This document shows positions 56,509 to 64,000 of a stretch of DNA of 64,000 nt, piece after piece (the first letter of the stretch is position 1; every line of letters begins with the position of its first letter). Both the position numbers and the translations under genes were made by a program. Source of the stretch: Polyangiaceae bacterium (GTDB lineage Bacteria; Myxococcota_A; Polyangia; Polyangiales; Polyangiaceae); NCBI GenBank assembly GCA_965222375.1, contig CBDCTZ010000016.1, positions 416,001 through 480,000 on the forward strand. Direction: 5' to 3'. The notes below the pieces were generated by a model. That model worked only from the letters and a program-made list of their open reading frames with translations. It searched no databases and was not told where the DNA came from.

Positions 56509-58107
56509 CTAGGGACGAGGGCTGGCGAAGAGTACACCGGGGTTCAGGATGCCGACGGGATCGAGGCGTGTTTTCGCGTGCCGCATGCTGTCGCGATAGA
56601 GGGGCGGCACTTCCGTCTCGTAGTAAGGACGGCAGTCACGGCCCACGGCATGGTGATGGGTGGTGGTTCCTCCCGCCTTCAACACGGCCTCGGTCACGGC
56701 GGCCTTGATCTCGTCCCATTGTTGCAGCTCCGCTCCCAGCCGCGCTGGGGCAATCACGGTGAAGTAGGGCGCCGCTCCGTCTGGGTAGGTGTGGGTGACC
56801 CGGCAAGTGACGATCGCCTGGGTCCCGACGAGCTGCCGTGCTGCCGCCTTCACGGACTCGTCCAACGCGTCGAAGCGATCCCAGGTTACAGCTGTTTCGT
56901 AGGTTTCCACGAACACGCCCCGGGCGACTAGTTCATCTCGGAGATAAGGGGCGCGCAAAAAAGCCTGGCGCCACGCGCCAGCAGCGCCCGCTCCCGACCT
57001 CTCACTGACGTCCGTACGTATGTCACCGGGGTCGGCCTTTCCACCCAGATCGCGGCACAGCTCGACGGCTCGATCGAGCCAGGCCGCCAGCGTGTGATCG
57101 TGCGACTCGAAGCCGACGAGCAGCAGCGCGTGGCTGCCGTCCCCGGCGCCGTTCATCATGGCCTCCACGGGATCGAGCAAGCGGGCATTCGCTGGGAACA
57201 GACCACTCTGGGAGAGTGCGCGCAGGCCCTTCGCTCCGGCCGCGAAACTCTCGAAGCGAACCGACGCTTTTGCGCGGAACTTGGGTCGCTCGAACAGGCG
57301 GACCCAAGCCTCCGTTATCACGCCGAGGGTGCCTTCCGATCCGATGAACATACGGTTCGGATCGGGTCCGGCACCGGAGCCTGGCAAACGTCGGGTTTCG
57401 ATCAGCCCGGACGGAGTCACCACGCGCAGCGACTGAACCAAGTCGTCGATGTGCGTGTACACGGTGGCAAAGTGTCCACCGGCTCGGGTCGCGATCCAGC
57501 CGCCTAGGCTCGAGAACTCGAAGGATTGCGGATAGTGGCGCAACGTCAGGCCGTGGGGCTTGAGTTGCTCTTCCAGGGCAGGCCCGAGCACACCGGCTTG
57601 CACCCGCGCCGCGCGAGACTGAGTGTCCACATCCAACACTTGGCTCAAACGCCCGAGATCCAAGGAAAGCGTGCCCTTGTATGCGCCAGAGACGACGGGC
57701 TCCACCCCGCCGCATACGCTGCTGCCACCACCGTAGGGCACCACCGCGATTTGCGCGTCCGCACAGGCATCCAATAGGCGCACGACGTCGGCTTCCGTCG
57801 TTGGGTGTGCCACGAGGTCGGGCGGATTCGCGTAGTCCCGGTCGAAGGCGCGAACCAGATCCCGATACGACTTGCCGAAACTGTGGCTGGCTCGGCTGAG
57901 GGGTGACTCGTCGCAAAGCGCTTGGAGGGACTCTGGTAGCGAAACCCTCGGCGCCCGCAGAGTGAGTTCCTCGACGCGCGGCTTGGGCTGGGGCTCGGCG
58001 CCCTGCATGCCCAAAAGGCCCGTAAGCGCCCCATCCAGCATCGCGAGCTCGTTTGCGCTCGGCGACACGTCCTCGTAGCCCCAGCCCCAGAATCGTCGCT
58101 GCCGCAT
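56509..58107 (-). CDS. FAD-binding oxidoreductase, alkyl-DHAP-synthase-like (VAO/PCMH fold)
   Basis: PYGGGSSV, HYPQSFEFSSLGGWIATR, GSEGTLGVIT, THHHAVG and LNPG motifs. Confidence 0.9.
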   Translation of the reverse strand: MRQRRFWGWGYEDVSPSANELAMLDGALTGLLGMQGAEPQPKPRVEELTLRAPRVSLPESLQALCDESPLSRASHSFGKSYRDLVRAFDRDYANPPDLVAHPTTEADVVRLLDACADAQIAVVPYGGGSSVCGGVEPVVSGAYKGTLSLDLGRLSQVLDVDTQSRAARVQAGVLGPALEEQLKPHGLTLRHYPQSFEFSSLGGWIATRAGGHFATVYTHIDDLVQSLRVVTPSGLIETRRLPGSGAGPDPNRMFIGSEGTLGVITEAWVRLFERPKFRAKASVRFESFAAGAKGLRALSQSGLFPANARLLDPVEAMMNGAGDGSHALLLVGFESHDHTLAAWLDRAVELCRDLGGKADPGDIRTDVSERSGAGAAGAWRQAFLRAPYLRDELVARGVFVETYETAVTWDRFDALDESVKAAARQLVGTQAIVTCRVTHTYPDGAAPYFTVIAPARLGAELQQWDEIKAAVTEAVLKAGGTTTHHHAVGRDCRPYYETEVPPLYRDSMRHAKTRLDPVGILNPGVLFASPRP

Positions 58108-58148
58108 GGCGGTACGCTAGCACTTCTGCCCCGTCGCCCCGTCTTCGC

Positions 58149-60152
58149 TCAGTACGGTGCGCTGACCTTGGCGCGTTTCGCGGCGATCCGCGACTTGAAG
58201 AACGAAACGTATTGGGCGTGGCCCTCAGGGGCGAAAATCAGGTCTCCGTGCACGGCGGTCTTGTTGCCGTTTATCTTGTCAAACTGGCACACCACGCCAG
58301 TGCCGCCCCCGGGCAGGTTGCCACTGACGGGCGCCTTCACTTCTACCAAGCCCGAGGCCGCCGTCACTGGATGCATGACGCCCAGTCCCGCCGCGCGCGC
58401 CAGCGCTTCGGTGGTCGAGTTGGGCACGATGGTGTCGTCCACCACCTGCTGCAGCAGAACATCGCGCCCGCTGCCGCCGCTCACCCCGTCGAGGGTTTCG
58501 AGAGTGGCGTAGCGCGCGAAGTTCAACGGGTCGCCGGGGTCCACGATGGCCTGACTCAAGGCCATGACCCGCGCGATGGCGCCGAAGGGTGTCGTGGTTG
58601 GTGCCAAGGTCTTCAGAAACAGGCTGAAGAGGTTCGAATCCCGCAGCAGCATCGTGAGTCCGGCGCCGCCCACGTTCCAGGTTGCCGCCTCGATCTCCGG
58701 GGCCAATGAAAAGATGGTGGCAGCCTGCACGGCGCCGAAGGAATGGCCGATGTAGTAGAAGGCGGATACGTCCAAGTCAGGGATTCCGTCGGGTGCCGGC
58801 TGGCCCGAGGCGTCCAAGGGCAGCAGGTCCAGGGTTTTCAAGCTCTTGGCGAAACGGACCAGCTCCAACTGGTCGGCCGCCATCTGGCGGAAGTTGTCGC
58901 GGGCGCGCTCGACGTCGAACTCGTTGGTGTCCTCGTCGATCCCGAAGAAGCCGAACACGCTGCTGATCAGATTGGTTTCACCCTCGCTGCGCGAGCCGTG
59001 CTCGGGTGAGTCGATGGCAAGAACCGCGACCCCCTTGTCAGAAAGGCTTGCGAGGCGCTGGGAAGTGCCCCAGCAGCCGTCCTTATCCCCACCCAGGCCG
59101 TGGGCGTAGAAAACCAGCGGTCGTGGGCCGCTTTGGGTCGCGTCGGAAAAGGCCAAGAATGTCTCCAGGCTTTCGGTCTTTGCGACCTTGGGGCGCCCCT
59201 GGGAGTCGAGCTGCCACTTGCCTTCGGGCTTGGCGCTTCGGAACTCTGGCGCTTCGAAACTTCCCACGAAGCGCACCCGAGTGTCCGCGCCACTGAGCGG
59301 GGACTCGACCTCGAAAGCATCGACTTGTTTCGGTGGCGGAGCGGCGCGGCGGGCTTTGGCCATCTCTACGACGCCAGTGACCGTGCTGGCGGTCGTGAAT
59401 AGCGTGGCCGCCACGACACTGCCTGTTTTGAAGCCCACCGACTTCGAAGCAGCGGCTATCGCGCTGCGCAGGCTCTTCGAGTAGTCGTCACTGGCGCTGC
59501 TGAGTGCGGCTTGCATCAGCGGCTCGGCGCCCACGGGAGTGCCGTCGTGGGCGAGGAGCTTGTCGGTGACGATCAGGGCGTAGCGCGTCCCGGGTCGAAG
59601 GGGGACTGCGGGCTGTGCGATGAGCGTGAACTCGTCTTCTGTGTAGAAACCGTCTTCCGCTTGTTCGAAATATCGCGGCACGATGCCCACGGGCTCCGCA
59701 AACTCGGGTGAGTCTTCGTCCACGTTGACCAGGAGCAGCGGCGCGTCGGCCTTGGTGTACTCCTCCGCGTCTCGCACCGGGTCTAGGATGGGAGGCTCCG
59801 CGCCCGGAAGTTGATCGATGCCGCGCGGATCGATAGGCGCCGAAAAGCGAATGAACACGCCACCGGTAGTGGAAAAACCGTCCAAGCTGGATAGCTGCTC
59901 CAGGGTCTCCGGCAGCTCCATGGCCATCGCATCCGCGGTGGTCGCCTCCGAAAGATCGACGCGCAGCCCGGTCGCCGTGCCCAGATCGGCGACCGTGTAT
60001 CGATTGGACGGAAAGGGCGTCAGGTCCGTTTCTGCCGCCGCGCCGTACAACACCACGCTGGTCTTGGGGGCGATGATTTGGTCCGCCTCGCCGTCGCCGC
60101 AAGCTTGGGCGAACGCCAGCAGGCCCAAACAACCTGCGGCGCGCAGCATCAT
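58149..60152 (-). CDS. Lipoprotein lipase-like alpha/beta hydrolase (Pla-1/Cef-like architecture)
   Basis: Lipobox AQAC; PFPSN..LDGFS N-domain; HGLG and GHSFG motifs; ATGA overlap with the tamB stop (alternative start 60170). Confidence 0.8.
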   Translation of the reverse strand: MMLRAAGCLGLLAFAQACGDGEADQIIAPKTSVVLYGAAAETDLTPFPSNRYTVADLGTATGLRVDLSEATTADAMAMELPETLEQLSSLDGFSTTGGVFIRFSAPIDPRGIDQLPGAEPPILDPVRDAEEYTKADAPLLLVNVDEDSPEFAEPVGIVPRYFEQAEDGFYTEDEFTLIAQPAVPLRPGTRYALIVTDKLLAHDGTPVGAEPLMQAALSSASDDYSKSLRSAIAAASKSVGFKTGSVVAATLFTTASTVTGVVEMAKARRAAPPPKQVDAFEVESPLSGADTRVRFVGSFEAPEFRSAKPEGKWQLDSQGRPKVAKTESLETFLAFSDATQSGPRPLVFYAHGLGGDKDGCWGTSQRLASLSDKGVAVLAIDSPEHGSRSEGETNLISSVFGFFGIDEDTNEFDVERARDNFRQMAADQLELVRFAKSLKTLDLLPLDASGQPAPDGIPDLDVSAFYYIGHSFGAVQAATIFSLAPEIEAATWNVGGAGLTMLLRDSNLFSLFLKTLAPTTTPFGAIARVMALSQAIVDPGDPLNFARYATLETLDGVSGGSGRDVLLQQVVDDTIVPNSTTEALARAAGLGVMHPVTAASGLVEVKAPVSGNLPGGGTGVVCQFDKINGNKTAVHGDLIFAPEGHAQYVSFFKSRIAAKRAKVSAPY

Positions 60153-63100
60153 TCGAATTCGAGTCGCCATCGGATATCTGCTCCGAGGTTACCCAAAGAC
60201 GAACTCGAAATGTCGTTCACGTTGTCGTAGGAGCCTTCCACGCTGACTCGCGGGCTCAGACGCCACTCGATGTTGGAGCGGATCTCTCGCGAATCCGCCA
60301 AGCCGCTCGTCACGTTGGCCCGGATCCGTCGCGCCAAGCGTTTGCCGATGGTCACCGTTGGCTCGGTGCGTCCCGTTTTCGAGGAGTATGCACTGCCGAA
60401 TCGGAACTCGTCGATCACTGGCAGCGCTTTGGACACTGCCCTGTCTGCACCGCTGAGCGTTCCCAGCGCTTCCAGCGCGACACTCTCGCCAACACTCGCG
60501 CTCTGAGCTTGGTCCAGCTCCGCTCGAGTCAGCCCCACCGTGAGAAGCAGGAAGATGTCGTCTTGGGCCAACGCAGGATCGCTGGTCAGATCGATGCGCA
60601 GGTTCTCGGCGTCGCCATGCGCGTGCATGGTGATGAGCCAACGACCGCCCTGGGCTGCCTTGCCACCAGTGGTCGCCCCGTCGCCGCCAGCGGGTGTATC
60701 CTTGCTCCCCGAAGAGTCCGAGTATCGCTTGTATTCCGTGGTGGCACGCACGTCGACCTTGGGCGCGATGCGGGTGCGGTCGTTGAAGCGCACCGTGCCG
60801 GACTTCACTTCGAACTCGCTTCGCCTCAGTCGGATGCGGCCACCGGGTCTGACCTTCACCTCACCCTGCAGACCAAAGCGCTGATTGGTTCCAGAAAGCT
60901 CGAGGCCTTTGGAGGCCAGCTTGAGCTCCGTGTCCACCAGGTTGTTGCGAATCGTCAGGGGCTTGCTGGCGCGAATGGTCAAGTCCAAGTCGATGAAGTC
61001 GTCGTTGGGATCGTACGCTTCCACTTGAGTCCGTTTGCCGCGCTGCCCCAGGGTGTTGATGTCCGCGGTCATGGTAATCGGCCGAGTGTAGTCGAAGGAA
61101 CGAATGGTCACGTTTCCAGTCAGGCGAGGCAGAGACCTCTGGGTCGTCGTGTCGCCGTCAGGCTGCCAAGTCGCAACTAGATTGCCGTCGACAGAGGCGC
61201 GCATGCCTTGGTCCAACGGCAGGGCGAACTCGCGCAACGTGATGACCGCTCGCGCCGCACCCAGCTCGAATCCCCGTAGTGGCGCGCCGCCGGTGATGGA
61301 CAGGCTACCGTTGCCCACTTGAGCCGTCGCTCGAGTCAGCTTCAGCTCATCACCGTCTACGTCGAGGGCCAGCTCCAGGTTGGTCACCGCTGAAGGCAGG
61401 CCGCGCACGACCATCTCGCCATTCTTGAGACGGAAGCCGCCGCGGTAGCGCAGCGCCTTGATGGGGCCCTTGACGGAGAGCTTTCCTTCGAGCCGCCCCT
61501 TGGCGCGCTCGACCTGGGGAACGTCAGCGACGAAGCTGGACAGTTCCACGGGCCTGAGCGCCAGCTCTGCGGCCACGACCGGGTCCGAGCCCAGATTGGT
61601 CACGCTGCCCCGGACGTCAAACACGCCCCGCTGGCCGCGTTGGGAAACGACCGCCAGGCCCAGGCTCTTCATCTCGAGCTTGCCGTCCGACAAGGACACG
61701 GGGCGCGAGCCACTCAATAGCTCCATTTGGATACCACCTCTTTCGACGGTGAGCCTCTTCATTGCCAGCTTGAGCCGCGCCCCGAGGGGTCGCTCCATTT
61801 CGAGCTTCTCGATCGCCAGAGTGCCGGTCAAACGGCCCTTTGGCTTGGTTTGGGCGAGAGCCACGCTGGGTGACATCTCCGCGAGGCTGCCCAGGTCGAG
61901 ATCGACGAACTCCACGTTGCCAGAGACAAGCTTGCTGCGTTGCCGCGTGACCGCCAGGCGGGACATCCGAACTTGGCCGCCGAGGGCCTTGCCCGAAACC
62001 ATGAATTTGCCGAGGGACTCATCCCGCTCCCACTTCGCTCTATCGAACTCCGGCGTGATGGCCCCGCCGCAGCGCGTGCGCCCGATGACCTTGGGGGCAC
62101 GCATCTTCGGCACCAGTTCCACGCTGACATCGCTGGCCGGCAAGGTCTTCGTGCCGACGCGCACCGGCGACACCCGCACTTGAGACCGAACGACCAACTC
62201 GTCAATGGTGCCCGAGACCTCCGCAGTGCCGCCGCCACGACCGTCAATCATGGGTGCCAGGCTGCCCAACGCGTTGATGCGCGACAGCGGAACCCCCGCG
62301 GCAACGACGTGTCCTGAAACCCGCGCTCCCTGCCGCATTCGAAGGGAACCGAGCAGGGTGCCGTTTCCCTTTGTCAGCTTGAGGCTGGGTACATCCAGGT
62401 CGATGCCTTGGTAGCTGGCGTCGCGATCCATCCATCGGAAGTCGAACTCGGCCTTGCCCGTGTCGTAGCGCTCCTCGAAAAGGTCCAACTTCGAGAAATC
62501 CATATTGCCTGCGACTTTGAGCAGCCCGCCGCCACAGCGGTCCCGCCTGCCACCGAGGTCGTAGTGCACCGATGCGTCCACTTTGCCCGCACCCATGATC
62601 GGATCGAAGCGTGGGTCCTTGTCGAACAGGAACATCGCAAAGAAGTCGCGTACGTCAAAGCGCTTCGACGTAACCCGGGCGTCGACCAACACGGACGAAT
62701 CTGTGTCGAAATTGAGCCGCGCCGTTGGAACTCGGAACTCACTCTTGCCCTTGCTGCCGACGACATCCGTGAAGTCGACCTTGAGGGGCCGGAACTTCAC
62801 CTTGCTGCTTCTGATATTGCCGATCGGAAACCCCCCGAACTCCAACTTGGCGACGGAAAGATCCCCCGTCAGGAGTGGGTTCCCGGACTTGCCTTTCATG
62901 CTCACGGAAAGCTCCGCCAGCCCGGCCCAGGGGATGTCGATCAGTGGGCTGACGTCGGAGAGATCGATTTTCGAACCCTTCGAAATGTCGAGACTGATGT
63001 CGTTGTTGAAACCAATGCTCACCATCTTGGCGAGCACAGCGCTGCGGCCGAAGCTCGCGCGGGTGTCGTAAAACTGCAGCGCCTTGGGGCGCACGCCCAC

Positions 63101-64000
63101 CTTTCCCCGAATGCTCGCACTGCGTACGCCGATCATGTGGCGCTTGGCAGAACTCTGATACGAGCGGTCGAAGACCTCGAAGTTCTTCGTCTCTGCGCTG
63201 AGGTTCCCATCCAGTTTGAGGGGATTCAGCGTGCCTTTGAACCCAGTGACCCGGGTCGTACTCAAGTCCCACTGCACGATCGTGTTGGGCGTCACGCCGA
63301 GATCTCGCATCAGCGCGGGAAAGGTCACCCCGGTGCCGTCAAGGCGCCCAACGGTCATCGGCACGCCGTCGTCGGTGGGGTGGATCTCGGCATCCTTGAT
63401 GACGATGCGACCCTCGGCGAACTCCGTCTCGAAGCGCGGAAGAATGATCGTGTCGCCGGACACTTCGACGTCTGCTTTCAACGTCTTGGCCAGGTAGTAG
63501 GTATCCAGCCCGAGGCCTGCGCCCCGGACTTTTCCGCGAACCTCTGGCAGGTCGTAGTGACCGTCGTAGCGTAGGTCTCCCGCGAAGGCCGCCCAGCCGA
63601 ATAATGGCGGCACTCCCTCGATCCGATTGGCCAGATTGGCCGGTGCGCGTGCGACCACGTGGCCGTCCAAAAGCGGAGCCTCTCCTTTGCGAAAGACGAC
63701 CCGCATTTGCGACAGACGCAAGGCGACCCGCGACGGGTCGGCCTCATCGCTCTGCTTGCAATCGGGGAAGGTGTGCTCCGCGGGATCCGCGTCGGAGCGA
63801 CCTAATAATGAGAGGCGACGAATGAGAATCGACCCCGGTTCTGCGCGGGCGCGCAGCTCGGTGCGACACACGATGTCTTCGTCCCAGGCCTTGAAGGTCA
63901 CAGATCGCGTGGCGACGCTTTCGGTCGCCGACGCAGCCCCCGGCGCTCCCTGGACAGTCATGGGTCGTCCACGTGCGACTCGAGTTTCGCCTGCGCGCAC
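60149..64000 (-). CDS. tamB: Translocation/assembly module TamB (DUF490), 5' end outside the window
   Basis: More than 1280 aa of beta-taco-like repeats; C-terminal LTSDPALAQDDI..LL and terminal WRLEFE. Confidence 0.88.
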   Translation of the reverse strand: MRAGETRVARGRPMTVQGAPGAASATESVATRSVTFKAWDEDIVCRTELRARAEPGSILIRRLSLLGRSDADPAEHTFPDCKQSDEADPSRVALRLSQMRVVFRKGEAPLLDGHVVARAPANLANRIEGVPPLFGWAAFAGDLRYDGHYDLPEVRGKVRGAGLGLDTYYLAKTLKADVEVSGDTIILPRFETEFAEGRIVIKDAEIHPTDDGVPMTVGRLDGTGVTFPALMRDLGVTPNTIVQWDLSTTRVTGFKGTLNPLKLDGNLSAETKNFEVFDRSYQSSAKRHMIGVRSASIRGKVGVRPKALQFYDTRASFGRSAVLAKMVSIGFNNDISLDISKGSKIDLSDVSPLIDIPWAGLAELSVSMKGKSGNPLLTGDLSVAKLEFGGFPIGNIRSSKVKFRPLKVDFTDVVGSKGKSEFRVPTARLNFDTDSSVLVDARVTSKRFDVRDFFAMFLFDKDPRFDPIMGAGKVDASVHYDLGGRRDRCGGGLLKVAGNMDFSKLDLFEERYDTGKAEFDFRWMDRDASYQGIDLDVPSLKLTKGNGTLLGSLRMRQGARVSGHVVAAGVPLSRINALGSLAPMIDGRGGGTAEVSGTIDELVVRSQVRVSPVRVGTKTLPASDVSVELVPKMRAPKVIGRTRCGGAITPEFDRAKWERDESLGKFMVSGKALGGQVRMSRLAVTRQRSKLVSGNVEFVDLDLGSLAEMSPSVALAQTKPKGRLTGTLAIEKLEMERPLGARLKLAMKRLTVERGGIQMELLSGSRPVSLSDGKLEMKSLGLAVVSQRGQRGVFDVRGSVTNLGSDPVVAAELALRPVELSSFVADVPQVERAKGRLEGKLSVKGPIKALRYRGGFRLKNGEMVVRGLPSAVTNLELALDVDGDELKLTRATAQVGNGSLSITGGAPLRGFELGAARAVITLREFALPLDQGMRASVDGNLVATWQPDGDTTTQRSLPRLTGNVTIRSFDYTRPITMTADINTLGQRGKRTQVEAYDPNDDFIDLDLTIRASKPLTIRNNLVDTELKLASKGLELSGTNQRFGLQGEVKVRPGGRIRLRRSEFEVKSGTVRFNDRTRIAPKVDVRATTEYKRYSDSSGSKDTPAGGDGATTGGKAAQGGRWLITMHAHGDAENLRIDLTSDPALAQDDIFLLLTVGLTRAELDQAQSASVGESVALEALGTLSGADRAVSKALPVIDEFRFGSAYSSKTGRTEPTVTIGKRLARRIRANVTSGLADSREIRSNIEWRLSPRVSVEGSYDNVNDISSSSLGNLGADIRWRLEFE

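Noticed and set aside
1..64000. rRNA, tRNA, CRISPR array, integrase or transposase
   Set aside because: No cloverleaf or rRNA-like stretch, no repeat-spacer array and no recombinase motifs were recognised by eye. A covariance search was not possible.

Overview
GC-rich bacterial chromosomal window. The gene content points to Myxococcota, probably Polyangiales (inference): a Hanks-type kinase, many Gly-tethered Cys-rich lipoproteins, a ferritin-like lipoprotein, two ECF sigma cassettes and TamB. It holds about 55 CDS. I found no rRNA, tRNA, CRISPR array, integrase or transposase. Recognisable genes include ppk2, queD, tamB (5'-truncated by the window), a LeuA-family synthase, a radical SAM enzyme, a cholesterol-oxidase-type GMC enzyme and a pentaheme cytochrome c. 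The points that most deserve follow-up are: (1) an acidic pentapeptide-repeat gene translationally coupled to a MORC-like GHKL ATPase; (2) a two-gene DUF6036 nucleotidyltransferase module that looks like a toxin-antitoxin pair; (3) two ECF cassettes whose candidate promoter motifs can be read from the DNA, GATCCG-N13-ACGCAT and GTAAC-N14-CGTCACTT, each present twice; (4) a modular hairpin-rich intergenic repeat family in three copies, one with terminal inverted repeats; (5) repeated -10-like boxes 6-7 nt before start codons, suggesting leaderless mRNAs; (6) an APC-USP-PTS EIIA fusion transporter; (7) several genes broken by frameshifts or an in-frame amber codon, which may be decay or sequencing error. 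All family assignments come from motif recognition by eye, not database searches.
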